From positions 19,964,001-20,028,000 of the forward strand of contig OX597841.1 of the NCBI GenBank assembly GCA_951406725.2: DNA of 64,000 nucleotides, read 5' to 3'. How positions within the stretch are numbered: the stretch's first letter is position 1; each line of letters starts with the position of its first letter. Below, piece after piece: positions 1 through 12,881 of this stretch. This stretch comes from Octopus vulgaris. Taxonomy: Eukaryota. The notes under the pieces were generated by a model. It was not told the DNA's origin, searched no databases, and worked only from the letters and a program-made list of their open reading frames with translations. The translations under genes and the position numbers were made by a program.

Positions 1-350
1 GACGAAGACTTGTTGGAGTTAATGAAGTCTGCTAGCAAAGAGGAGGAGGAAGTGCCAGATCTAGAGGAAGAGGAGGATATGTGGGCCTGGCAATTGAACA
101 TCTGTCCAAACTTTTAAGGACAGCAAAGCAATTTCAAGGGAAGGTGGGAGTATGGGATCCCTATATGGTTTGGTATCTCCAATTTAAAAATGCCATCGAT
201 GCTGTCATATAAAACTCACCTCACCACCATGGAGAAACAACGACAGCATCTTCATGTCACAATGTTCCTCAAAGCCACCAAGAAAGCCTTGCACAAAGAT
301 AAGACACCCCCTAAAACACCTGAAGAAGAGGCATCACCTGAAGAGCTTTA
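1..350 (+). mobile_element. Decayed Tigger/pogo-like transposase C-terminal remnant
   Basis: Frameshifted translation DEDLLELMKSASKEEEEVPDLEEE / LSKLLRTAKQFQGKVGVWDPYM / YKTHLTTMEKQRQHLHVTMFLK resembles the acidic C-terminal tail of Tigger/TIGD1-type transposases. Confidence 0.55.
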
Positions 351-472
351 AATTTTCTTTGCTGTGCAGTCATTACCTTCATTATTTTCATCATCATCAT
401 CTTAAATCAATATCATTCATTATTGGTGAGTAACCATAAATTTTACTTTATTTTTTACTCAATTATTAAATA

Positions 473-552
<80 letters not shown>

Positions 553-568
553 ATCTTTGGCTAGGTAA

Positions 569-604
<36 letters not shown>

Positions 605-620
605 TATTTAATAATTTAGT

Positions 621-2341
621 AACTCTGTACCTGGCTTTCGTTGACTTGGAGAAAGCCTTTGACAGGGTCTCCTGTTCCCTTATCTGGTGGTCAATGAGGA
701 AACTAGGGATAGATGAATGGTTAGTGAGAGCTGTGCGTGCCATGTACAGGGACACTGTTAGTAAGGTGAGGGTTGGCAACGAGTACAGCGAAGAATTCCG
801 GGTGGAGGTTGGGGTCCACCAAGGCTCAGTCCTCAGCCCCCCTCCTATTTATCATAGTCCTCCAGGCAATAACGGAGGAATTCAAGACAGGATGCCCCTG
901 GGAGCTCCTCTATGCTGATGACCTTGCTCTAATTGCTGAGTCACTATCAGAACTGGAGAAGTTCCAGGTGTGGAAGGAGGGTTTAGAATCGAGGGCCTTA
1001 GAGTCAACCTAGCTAAAACCAAAGTCCTAATAAGTAGGAAGGTAGACAAATCTCAAACGCCTTCAGGTAAATGGCCTTGCTCGATCTGTAGAAAAGGCGT
1101 AGGTAGGAACTCTATAAGATGCACCAAGTGTAAGCTATGGACACATAAGAGGTGCAGCAACGTCAAGGGAAGGCTAACTAGGAATATAGTTTTTGTATGT
1201 GGCAGATGCTCTGGTGCAATAAACACTGAAAATGCGCAGAGACCATCTTCCGCCACATTCCAGGGAGAAAAACTTGAAATAGTTGATAGCTTCCGTTACC
1301 TAGGTGATCAAGTCGGTGGGGGTGGGGGTGCTGAAAGTGTAACTGCTAGAGTAAGAATAGCCTGGGAAAAGTTCAAAGAGCTCCTACCTCTGCTGGTGAC
1401 AAAAGGCCTCTCGCTCAGAGTAAAAGGTAGACTGTATGACGCATGTGTGTGAACAGCCATGCTACATGGTAGTGAAACATGGGCCATGACAGCTGAGGAT
1501 ATGCATAAGCTTGCAAGAAATGAAGCCAGTATGCTCCGATGGAGGTGTAATGTCAGTGTTCATACTCGACAGAGTGTAAGTACCTTGAAAGAAAAGTTGG
1601 ACCTAAGAAGCATCAGATGTAGTGTGTAAGAGAGATGACTGCACTGGTATGGTCATGTGGTGAGAATGGATGAGGATAGCTGCATGAAAAAGTTCCACAC
1701 CCTAGCGGTTGAGGGAACTTGTGGAAGAGGTAGACCCAGGAAAATCTGGGACGAGGTGGTGAAGAATGACCTTCGCTCTTTAGGTCTCACCGAGGAAATG
1801 ACCAGAGACCGAGACCTTTGGAAGTATGCTGTGTGCGAGAAGACCCGGCAGGACAAGTGAGACCATAACCCATGGCCTCTACCTGGGACGTAGTCAGTCC
1901 ACCTGTGCATACCTTCCTTCTTGGGACACATAACTCTACTTGTGAAGACCTGTTGAGGCAAGTGAAAATCAGAAAATCAAAGAATCAAATCAAAATCGAT
2001 GAACATCAATGGAATTTGTAGTTTTGTGGTACCAGTGCCGGTGGCACATAAGAAAACCATCCGAACGTGGCCGTAGCCAGTATCGCATCGACTGGCCTCT
2101 GTGCTGGTGGCACATAACAAACACCATCCAAGCGTGGCCGTTCGCCAGCCTCGTCTGGCACATAAAATCACTCACTACACTCACGGAGTGGTTGGCGTTA
2201 GTAAGGGCATCCAGCTGTAGAAACACTGCCAGATCTGACTGGCCTGGTGCAGCCTTCGGGCTTCCCAAACCCCAGTTGAACCGTCCAACCCATGCTAGCA
2301 TGGAAAGTGGACGTTAAACGATGATGATGATGATGATGATG
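621..2341 (+). mobile_element. 5'-truncated RTE-clade LINE (RT C-terminal half, Cys-rich insert, 3'UTR, (GAT)n tail)
   Basis: RT motifs LAFVDLEKAFD, GVHQGSVLS, LLYADDLAL, FRYLG; C-terminal RGRPRKIW...RDRDLW; frameshifts and stops; ends in GATGATGAT tail. Confidence 0.95.
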
Positions 2342-2474
2342 TAATATTTTACGTTGAATTTTGACATTTATAAGCATTTTTATGGACCATGTCCAATATT
2401 CGCGGTTTTGCATTATTTATGGCTGCTCCAGGAACATAACCCCTGCGAATACTGGGGGGACTACTGTATGTATT

Positions 2475-2504
<30 letters not shown>

Positions 2505-2511
<7 letters not shown>

Positions 2512-2826
2512 TTAGTCAGGGAAGAAATGGAGCTGAACGAAGATTTTACAAAATTCCTTTTTATTATTTTCTACATATGTTTCAAAGACTTTGCAGCCTT
2601 TGAAACATATGTAGAAAATAATAAAAAGGAATTTTGTAAAATCTTCGTTCAGCTCCATTTCTTCCCTCACTAAATATATAAAACTTCAATTTTCCGCACT
2701 AAGGCACGGTTGCGCGACCCCATGGTCGTAACCTCAACCGTGTTTTTTCTGTTGTGATTTTGCTACCCAGGTATCGGTTATAATTTGAATAATCCGTAAC
2801 AAGATAATTCAATTATCCATTTCAAT

Positions 2827-2830
<4 letters not shown>
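2505..2830. mobile_element. TA-flanked non-coding element with near-perfect ~80-bp fold-back arms (2505-2680)
   Basis: TATATTTAGTCAGGGAAGAAATGGAGC...TTTCAAAG, 10-nt loop, then its reverse complement; (TA)n on both sides. Confidence 0.75.
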
Positions 2831-2861
<31 letters not shown>

Positions 2862-2867
2862 ATTTCA

Positions 2868-2905
<38 letters not shown>

Positions 2906-2911
2906 ATTTCA

Positions 2912-2947
<36 letters not shown>

Positions 2948-2953
2948 ATTTCA

Positions 2954-3037
<84 letters not shown>

Positions 3038-3042
<5 letters not shown>

Positions 3043-3210
3043 ATCCAAACAAAGAAGAACAAACAAGAAAAAACAACAATGCGAGGATGTGGTACAAGTA
3101 CTGAATTATTAGACGCTCAGGAAAGGAAAGAAAGAGGATTTTACATTTCAAGCAAAGCTCTTCTTCAGGAATAGAGGAAAGTCCAAAAGAAGGGAAGACG
3201 GAGGAAGGTG
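3038..3210 (-). mobile_element. Short Penelope-like/pLTR-type element with decayed hammerhead motif (3137-3172)
   Basis: Minus strand reads CTGAAGAA-GAGC-TTT-GCTT-GAAA-TGTA about 100 nt before a (TA)n run; related to the 31.7 kb copy (shared ACGCTCAGGAA on plus). Confidence 0.6.
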
Positions 3211-4049
3211 TAATTTGAGGGAGAATTGTTTGCTATTTCTATCGGGTCTAGATAATATGTAGCTGTCTCCCTTCTTGGTTCATACAAATTTATACACATA
3301 CCAAATACTAAGGTGTATTTTGAGGAAGTTTCAGCTTCTATTTCTAAAAGGGTAAGCTACCATACACTTGAGTACGTGTGTGCTTTATCTATGTAAACTG
3401 AAGTACGTCTATACTTCTTTATCACTCATTCAATCATCTCTGGTCCACAATAACACAGTACTATCAATTGTGAAGTACTTTACCCTTATCAGGAATTGAT
3501 CTGCGATAACAGAGGTCGGCAATCAACGGTTCGACTTGTGATATTTTATAATTTTCAGGTGGTTTTTTTTTGTTTTTTTATAAAAATTTTCTCGAAATAT
3601 TTTTGCAAACACGAAAATTCACTGACCACCCGTTTTTGGCGTAACCTTGAACCCTAAATCACCGGGTGTGCGTATTCTTTACATTCACCCATTATTTATG
3701 CTTAAAATCTACTTCGAGGTGTCATCTTGTTAGTTGAACGACTTGGCGCCTCGAAACGAAACCTATTTCTTTCATGCGTCCTGTTATTCTTTTATCACTG
3801 ACTCATTATCACGGTGTTTCTTTTTTCAAACCAAACACCCGTGATAAACGAGGACAAATGTATAAATACTAGAAAGCAGATAAAGTAGTTCCTTCATTGC
3901 TACGTGGTGGTTGTGCGCCTGTTTATGTATTTGTGAGAATTGTAAATACAGAAGCTACAAACAAATCACACACGATCACATCCAACAGACGTATTGATGT
4001 ATCGATCAAAAGCAAGTACGGCGAATGGTGCCAGGTGTGCTGAAATGCA

Positions 4050-4306
4050 GACAGGTAGAGTGAAAGGTGTTGAAAGGAGGGAAGGGGGGTGACAGTGACA
4101 GAGCGTAGAAAGTGAAAGGGAAGGGAAGGGAGAAGAGGCAGAGAGAGGGTGAAAGGTGTGGAGGGAGGGAGGGAGTAGAGCCAGTGAAGGGAGGTGGAGG
4201 TAAAAGAAGCGAAGGTTTGCAGCGCAGAGTGTTGACACTAAAAACGGAGTGGAGGAGGAGGAGGGGGAAGGTGTCAAAGAGGGAGTGAGGAGGTGAGTCT
4301 ATGTAA

Positions 4307-4344
<38 letters not shown>

Positions 4345-4455
4345 AATAATGGTGGGATGGTTAAAGTGCAGAGAATAACAGTGAAAGGGAGGGGAGTAAA
4401 GATGCAGGTAAGAAAGAGAGAGAAAGAAAATGTTTGATGAGAGACAGGCAGAGAT

Positions 4456-4516
<61 letters not shown>

Positions 4517-4925
4517 AACAGTAAAAGAAGAGGAAAGGTGGAAGAAGGTAACTGAAAAGAGAGCGAAAGTGGAATGAGGTGAAACTAAGTATAAGGGGAA
4601 AGGGGAGATAAAGAGAATAAGAATAGAGAGAGAGAGAGAGAGAGAGAGAGTATGGGCGTTGGGAGGGAGCAAATGGGAAAAGAAAGAGTAAAACGAGAGA
4701 TGTTGAGAATGAAAGCGAGAGTAAATGATGATGATGATGAGGAGGAGGAGGAGGAGTTAAACGGAGACTGAAAGAAAAAAACATTTAAAAAAGAAAAAAG
4801 AAGCCTAGAAAGATTTCGAGGGAATGGAGAGAAGAGAGAGAGATTGAGTTGTGATGGAAGAGATATAGGGAGAAGAGGATGATAAGAAGAAGAAATAGAG
4901 AAACTGAGAGTTAAAAAGGGGGGGG
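4050..4925. repeat. Polypurine (GA/GGA-rich) low-complexity tract
   Basis: About 870 bp of almost pure purines on the plus strand with (GA)n runs. Confidence 0.9.
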
Positions 4926-5130
4926 GCTGCGACATCAATGACACGTGAGCAAGAGAAGGTCAAAGAGGTCAGGTCACTGGGTCAGCTGATAAGGTTTAAG
5001 CTTAATAAGTAGTTACATAAACAAATGGCCGCGTACATTTGCACGCACACACACACACAGAAGAGAGAGAGAGAGAGCGTGCGTAGTGATGCGTAGCGTC
5101 ATTGGGGATCCGGCGGCGGCGGCGGTATGA
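4925..5130 (+). promoter_or_regulatory. Putative promoter / non-coding first exon
   Basis: Local CpG enrichment, CACGTG, clustered RGGTCA half-sites, YY1-like AAATGGCCGC, and (GGC)n followed by a donor-like GTATGA. No transcript evidence. Confidence 0.35.
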
Positions 5131-5340
5131 ATTTTCCTTACTTTTCTCTAATCCAGCCTTGACCACCACCACTTCCCCATTACACGCCATTAACTGCCAG
5201 CTGAACAGGAGGCCTCTATGTGGTTGCTTGATTTGCTAGGAAAAACATTAAAATTTTCCTCAAATCACAAATCCTTGTTTATTATGACTTAGCAATGCAA
5301 ATAAAAATTGCTGGCGAGTGTTGTCCCTGTGCATTGCTGT

Positions 5341-6173
5341 CGGTTGAGAGGGCCAATGTGGGAGAAACAGACCTGGCGCTTGAGAGGGCCAATGTGGGAG
5401 AAACAGACCTGGCGCTTGAGAGGGCCAATGTGGCAGAAACAGACCTGGCGGTTGAGAGGGCCAATGTGGGAGAAACAGACATGGCGGTTGAGAGGGCCAA
5501 TGTGGGAGAAACAGACCTGGCGCTTGAGAGGGCCAATGTGGGAGAAACAGACCTGGCGGTTGAGAGGGCCAATGTGGGAGAAACAGACATGGCGGTTGAG
5601 AGGGCCAATGTGGGAGAAACAGACCTGGCAGTTGAGAGGGCCAATGTGGGAGAAACAGACATGGCGGTTGAGAGGGCCAATGTGGGAGAAACAGACCTGG
5701 CGGTTGAGAGGGCCAATGTGGGAGAAACAGACCTGGCGGTTGAGAGGGCCAATGTGGGAGAAACAGACCTGGCAGTTGAGAGGGCCAATGTGGGAGAAAC
5801 AGACCTGGCAGTTGAGAGGGCCAATGTGGGAGAAACAGACCTGGCAGTTGAGAGGGCCAATGTGGGAGAAACAGACATGGCGGTTGAGAGGGCCAATGTG
5901 GGAGAAACAGACATGGCGGTTGAGAGGGCCAATGTGGGAGAAACAGACCTGGCAGTTGAGAGGGCCAATGTGGGAGAAACAGACATGGCGGTTGAGAGGG
6001 CCAATGTGGGAGAAACAGACATGGCGGTTGAGAGGGCCAATGTGGGAGAAACAGACCTGGCGGTTGAGAGGGCCAATGTGGGAGAAACAGACCTGGCGGT
6101 TGAGAGGGCCAATGTGGGAGAAACAGACCTGGCGGGTGAGAGGGCCAATGTGGGAGAAACAGACCTGGCGGTT
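5341..6173. repeat. 36-bp minisatellite, about 23 copies
   Basis: Unit CGGTTGAGAGGGCCAATGTGGGAGAAACAGACCTGG with only a few recurrent variants. Confidence 0.97.
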
Positions 6174-6594
6174 GTGATGGCAGGAAACATTCTGTTCAGG
6201 GTTTGCTGTTTGCTTTATCACAGTTCTTCCTTCATCTAATTTTTGGTGCCAAGGCCAACACTGTGTGTGAATTCTCCAAGGTGAATGGTATGTCACTACA
6301 CTACCTGGTTAGAGGCTATGTGCACTGCTGGTAATGGTCAATGTGACTGGCACAAATGGATTTTTTCAAAGAGTCCTTGTACCTTTTTGTTTTTGAATTT
6401 TTGAATTTTTTTTTGGGAGGGGGAGCGACCACCATACAGCACCATGTTGTGTAGGTGATTATCCAACATCTTGGAAATACAAGGACAACATCAATTTTGC
6501 GGGACCTTTGGTTCCAAAACCTTTCAGGAAAACTGATTTTTTTCTGAACGAGGGAGGGTCACCTTGGTCAACCTACTCTAAATCAAATAAATAT

Positions 6595-7034
6595 CCATTT
6601 AGCATTTGGGCTCAATTCAGATGGCTAAATGAAGCTTCTGAAGATTGTGATGAAACCGTGGCTGGGGAGGGAAGGCTGCGAGAAGGCCATATGTGTGGCA
6701 GCAGGATTCAGTTCCTTGCCACACGTCTGGAAAGAGAATCCCTACAACTTCACCAGCCCCAGTTTCCGGCTTCCTAATTTCCTTGATTGTAATCCCATGG
6801 GGCAACTGCTCTGCCTGCAACACCAAGGCTGAGCTGCTGGCCAAGATGAAGGAGGTGTTTCAAGATCTTTCCACAGACACAATGAGAAATGCATTCACCA
6901 ATTTTCAGAGCAGCTTTGAGGCCGTGGTGCAAGCTATGGGTGTCTACTTTGAACAAACTGTTATCTCCCAGCCATAATCTGGTTGATGTTCTTTGATTTT
7001 TCTTTTCTTTTTACGCAAATTGTGAAACACCCTG
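6595..7034 (+). mobile_element. Tc1/mariner-superfamily transposase remnant with 3' TIR
   Basis: WQQDSVPCHTS motif and PDCNP-like segment; ends GTGAAACACCCTG; related to the element at 54488-56101. Confidence 0.75.
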
Positions 7035-7174
7035 TCTGTGCAAAGTTTGGCATCCCATCAGCTTTAATGCACTAAAAACTTATTCTCCTGAATCTGAACA
7101 GCTGAAATTGGGGAACATCTTTTATGCCATCAAATATGGTAAACTTGTTACATCTTCATAGAAAAGGACACAGT

Positions 7175-7570
7175 AATAATATATAATGAACTTGTTGTAT
7201 ACAGTGCTCAGGTGCTGCAGTACAACTCATCAGTAAAAGTAAGCAAAACTGCAAGAACAGTGCATAGTATATGCACAGGAAGTGAAGAGTGAATAGGTCT
7301 TTAAAAAAACCCCAAAAGAAACAGGGTGGGGGGCATCAAGTATACTATTGGTGAATTTCAAGAAACATGGAATTTTTGAAGGATGTAGTGTCTGGACAGC
7401 TGACAACTGATGGAGTTAGTTTATTCCATACTTCGGCAATTGTGAGCATGATAAAATGTTTCCAAAGTCATTGGAACTGTGTTGTTTTTTTTGTTTTGTT
7501 TTTGATTTTGATTTTGTAAGAGTGTTAAACATGAAATTCAGAAAGGTGCCCAAGATCTTTGTTGGAAAGA
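7175..7570 (-). mobile_element. CR1-like LINE 3' fragment
   Basis: Reverse complement matches the 3' end of the 47.7 and 51.0 kb copies (GCACCTGAGCACTGTATACAA; WNKL..SVV region). Confidence 0.75.
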
Positions 7571-8007
7571 TGATTTGGGTAATTTTGAGGGTGTCTGTCA
7601 AGCCAGTCACCAAACATAGGAGCATTAATGAGGGGGGGGGTACCCTAGAAAAAGTTGGGCTGGCCATGATTGGCAAACTTGATAATGGTTGATCTGGAAT
7701 TAAACAACAGCAACAACCAATAGAAAAGAAAACCTCAGCAGTTATCTTGCTGGAGTTTGTGAATATGAAAATAAAATCTTTATTAGGAGAGGTGAAGTAC
7801 TTGCAAAGAGACAGGGAATGAAAGCTGACAGAAATCTCTCCACAACGAACACTGGAAAAGTCTATGTAACACTACAATATCAAAGAAATAGGCCAAGTTC
7901 ACCTAAAGTAGTGGTTCTCAACCTCTGTAGCTCAGCCTCTCTTTCACCAGTTGGCTTTTTACAAAGATCCCCTCCCTAGGTTTTCCAAAAATAAAAAAAA
8001 TAAAAAT

Positions 8008-8420
8008 ACAGCTGCAGGCATGATTGTGTAGTAAAAAGCTTGCTTCCCAACCACATGGTTCCAGGTTCAGTCCTATCGCAAGACACCTTGGGTAAATGTC
8101 TTCTTCTTCTATAGCCTCGGGCCAACCAAAGACCTGTGAGTGAATTTGGTAGATGAAAACTGAAAGAAACCCATCATATATTGTGTGTATTTATGTATGT
8201 GTGTATTTATGTATAAGTGTCTCTGTGGCTGTGTTTGCCCCTCACCACTACCATTGCTTGACAACTGATGTTGGTGTGTTTATGTCCCCATAACTTAGCG
8301 GTTCAGCAAAAAAGACCAATTGAATAAGTACTAGGCTTATAAAGAATAAGCCCTGAGGTCAATTTCTTGTAGGGCCCTGCTCCAGTAAGGCCAAAGTCAA
8401 ATGACTGCAAAGTATAAAAG
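8008..8420 (+). mobile_element. tRNA-derived SINE (representative of the most abundant family in the window)
   Basis: Head with box A/B-like motifs (GCTTGCTTCCCAACCACATGGTTCCAGGTTCAGTCC), body TTTGGTAGA..AACTGAAAGAA, internal microsatellite, tail CAAATGACTG. Further copies or fragments near 10.4-11.0, 11.75-12.1, 12.75-13.57, 15.3, 29.8, 30.6-31.1, 32.1-32.5, 33.8-34.6, 42.2-42.9, 43.7, 49.4-49.8, 54.1-54.5, 59.0-59.3 and 61.5-61.8 kb. Confidence 0.85.
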
Positions 8421-11400
8421 CATCATCATCACCGTTTAACATCTGCATTTCCCTGCAGGCACGGCCCAGGCATTTATTACTCTAACATTAGTTTCAGCCA
8501 GGGGCTGTGCTCACGATAATTACAGCATCCCATCCAGCTAGATACATGTATGGACTAGTGCCATCATCATGTATTGTATGCTTCAGGGTACATTGATGAC
8601 ACTACAGCAAAAACCTTCCTAATTAAGCCCAAAATGTTCCATCGGAAGAAGCCATAGTGGTACTTCATTCAGACATTTTCATTGTGTTTTCTTGGCAGAT
8701 ATGTTGAGGAGGTTTACCATTGCCTTCCCTAACGGGATAGCCATTGGCCCACAAAGAGCTCATCTGGCCTTCAAAAGATCTTGTCTTAAGTTTTGCTAGA
8801 TGTCCAGACACCAAGAATAGCAAGCTACTCAAGCAGGGAAGCCAGTTTAGTCACCAATCACTCAACCGTGAAAGAGGTAGAACTGGCTTACCTGGTACCC
8901 GTAGCAGGTCTCATCAGCCTCTAATGAGATCCCTAATCCTGACTATAGTTATCCCTATGTTAAACTTTTATGGAAACAAATAAAGAAGACAAAGATATAT
9001 AATGAAATCATATTGGACCTTGGTGCATCATTAGTCCTCTTTCTCTTCACTGATAGCACAAGCTTCTGTTCATATCTTAATCTTGATGAAGATCTTTTTG
9101 AAAACATGGCCGTGTGGTAAGAAGATTACTTACCAGCCAAATGGTTTGGGGTTCAATCCCATGGTGTGGCACCTTGAGCATGGCTGACTTAAGCTTTGTG
9201 AATAGATTGGGTAGACAGAAACAGTCTGTGTGTGTGCGTGCATGTGTGCGTGTGCATGTGTGTGTGTGCATGTGTGTGTGTGTGTGTGCATGTGTGCATG
9301 CATGTGTGTGTGCATGCATGTGTGTGTGTGCATGTGTTCTCTTTTCAATTTTAGAGTGAATTCTGACCAGACATCCACTTGATACCAAAACTGTGAAGTA
9401 AAGTGTCTTCTATTGACAATCATTCTTCAAATCTTAAGAAGGTCTTGAGGACTTTTATGGTCCTAGATATATTTCTAATAATGATCCCCCACTCTATACA
9501 CCCAGCACACCTCTATGCAAAATGTCCATTTGTGAGCTGATAACACCCCAAGGGGGCACCACTGCCCGGGTAAAGAACCACTGATTAAGCAGGTTGAACA
9601 TGGCAACTTGAAATGAAAAACACAGACCACAGGGGGAATATACACCACTAAAAGCCTGGCATGGAGTACTGACAATTTTATAACATCTCACCTTGAAGGT
9701 TTTATTTCCATGCAATCCAGGAACACGATGTCCCCACATTATACCTTCAACACAAAAAGACATAAAGCATCAGAAACTGACTGATCCCATTGTCTTTTAG
9801 AGACTGCCTTCTTTGTGAGGCAATGTTTTGGTAGCCAGGGCAACCTGGAATAAAATCAGAAATAAGAAAAAGAAAATAACAGCCAATGAAGGTGAACACA
9901 TTGAGACCAATGGATCAAAAGAAGATGGATGGGACAAGGAGATATTGGTTGGCAAATTTGGGTACAAGGCCAGCAATTTCAGGGAAGGAGCTAAATCGGT
10001 TACATTCACCCCAGGGCTCAAATGCTATTTATTTTATTGACCCCCTAAAGGGATGACCTCAGCAGGATTTGAACTCAGAACATGCAGATGGGCAAAATTC
10101 CACTCAGCATATTGCCCAGCATGCTAACAATTCTGCCAGTCCAATGCCTTAGCATCATGGACATATTAATGAGTACCAAATTACAAGACAACCAATATGA
10201 TATAAGGGAAGATGAAGTGAAAACTCCCTCTCTTATGAAAGTCCGTTGCCTACTTGATATCAATATGATAACAGAAAAGAGGGAGAGAGAAGGAAAAAGG
10301 ACATATTAATAAAAGGGTTAACATTTCAGGACCCACCGATGGGATAACAGGATCAGCCTGGATCAAAGAAGCTGTTTTATCTTTTCTCTGTTTCAGTCAT
10401 TTGACTTGAAAAACTTTTAGTTGAATGAATTGGCACCAGTCCTTATTCTATCAATCTATTTGGCCAAACTGCTAAGTTACGGGGATGTAAACAAACCAAC
10501 ACTGGTTGTCAAGCAGTGGTGGTGGGACAGACACAGGCACAAAGACACACACACATTCTTTCAGTCTTTAATTTTTTACCTGTTTCAGTCATTTGACTGC
10601 GGCCATGCTGGAGCACTGCCTTAATGGGTTTTAGCCAAAGAAATCAACCCCAGGACTTACTCTTCATAAGCCTAATACTTATTCTATTGGTCTCTTTTGC
10701 CAAACCACTAAGTTATGGAGACGTTAGCATAACATATCAACATCAGTGGGGGGGGGACAAACACACAACAAACAAAGATACACATAAATAAATAAATATA
10801 TATATATATATATATACATACATACATTCAATGGGATTCTTTCAGTTTCCATCTACTAAATCCACTCACAAGGCTTTTGTTGACCTAAGACTATAGTAGA
10901 AGACACTTACCCAAGGGGTGATGCAGTGGGACTGAACCCAGTACCATGTTGTTTGGAAGCAAGCTTCTTACCACACAGCCATGTCTGTTCCTATCTGTGT
11001 GTGAATGTGAGAATGGTTCTGTCTCCTTTACTTGACACCACCTAATAGTAGTAAATAAGTGCCACTGTTGTACAAGCAGTCGTTCATTTCCAGTCTTCCA
11101 TGAAAACATGTCTGGCCATGGGGAAACACCATTACCTTACTTGGAAAGACCTGAAGGGTGCTGACAGGAAGGGCAGCTGGCCATAGAAAATGCACCTCAA
11201 TAAACTTCATCTGACTCATCAAGCATGGGAAATTCAACATTAAATCGATGATGATCACACACACACACACACACACCTATATATAAGTTATAATTATAAG
11301 GATAAGCTTAAGGATATTGGATTCACATTTTGGCACAAGGCCAGCAATTTCAGAAGAGGGTTAAGTCGACTACATCAATGCCAATGCTCGACTGGTACTT

Positions 11401-12881
11401 ATTTTATCAACCCTGAAGGAATGGAAGGCAAAGTTGACCTCAGCAGAATTTGAACTCAGAACATAAAGTTAGGACAAAATGCAGTCAAGCATTTTTTCCA
11501 ATGCTGCAACAATTCTGCCATCCTAGCATCTTACCATCTTGCCACCTTAAGCCATCATAACGTGGATCTCTTAGGAAGAGATTGATGCTGATGAATTTCT
11601 TTAGTCTCGTATCATCCTTACACTGGGAATGGTAACATACATTCTTCTATTATTGATCTCTTATTGATTAGCTTGGACCTTACTACCTCATTCAGGTGTT
11701 GATTAGATAACAATTAGGTTATTTCTTATGTTTGCAAAATATATTATGATTGTAGGAGTGGGCATGGCTGGGTTGTAAGAAGTTTGCTCCGCAGCCACAT
11801 GGTTCCTTAGGCAAGTGTCTTCTACTACAGCCTCAGGCCAATCAAAGCCTTTTGAATGGATTTGGTAGATGGAAACTGAAAGAAGCCTGTCAGGAATATA
11901 TATGTAGTTATGGGTGTGTGCCAGTGTTTGTCCCTCTACCCTCGCTTGACAACCAATGCTGGTGTTTTTACGTCCCTGTAACTTAGTGGTTTGGCAAAAA
12001 AGACTGATAGAATAAGTACTAAGCTTACAAAGAATAAGTCCTGAGGTCAATTTCTTTGACCAAAACTCTTTAAGGTAGTGCTCCAGCATGGCTGCAGTCA
12101 AATGACTGAACCAAGTATTGAATGGAGTTGCTGGCCAATAGGCTGTGCACCACTAGACATTTCTACTGAGGCACATTATGGCCTCATAGCCTAACTGAAA
12201 AGTAAATGGAGGCTAATTTAACAATCTGCCCCAGAATATTTCTATCAGTACCTCTACTAGGCACTTATGAATTCTTTTATCTTTTTTTCCTTTTTGAAGA
12301 ATGAAATTGAGAATGCTGTGGAAAGTCAAGATTTGTTGAGGATTTTTGTTTGACCACAGAACACCCTAATATTGTAAACGGTAACATATATTCTTTGTGT
12401 AATACGATTTTTATCTTCGGGTATGTATCCTTCAAACTTTGCTTTCATTACATTTATTCAAAGCCCAATGATTCCCTCTGAACACACAGCTATGATGTTG
12501 CCCCACTACTGCTGCTCATCATCAGAGATGCATATATTGTCAACTACTGAGGTATATGCTCAAATTGTTAAGATCAAGCAACTGACAAGAAAATCTGCTT
12601 GAAATATAATGGAAAATAGGTCAGTTTCAAAACATTGATGTCCAGGTCATAGAAGCAAAGTTTATAGTAGTCATTTCCTTTGATTTCTAGACCAAAGCAA
12701 ATAGGAAATAACACTTATTGAGTGAAGACAAAAAGTTTTAACTTTGTTATACAGGTGTGGCTGTGTGATAGGAAGCTTGCTTCCTAACCACATGGCTCTG
12801 GGAATAAGTCCCACTTGGTGACACCTTTGGGAGTGGATTTGGTAGACAGAAAATGGAAGAAGCTCATCATATATATATCTA

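Noticed and set aside
5295-6239. 314-aa repeat-protein CDS
   Set aside because: Several frames on both strands are open because the 36-bp unit lacks stops; there is no splice or homology support. Kept only as a minisatellite.
8905-8932. CTGATGAG on the minus strand within a small hairpin
   Set aside because: No GAAA or stem III follows; it lies in an old SINE with an RTE-type tail.
9690-9790. Minus-strand donor AAG|GTGAGA with peptide GHRVPGLHGNKTFK as a CoA-transferase exon
   Set aside because: No similarity to expected family motifs and no clear acceptor.
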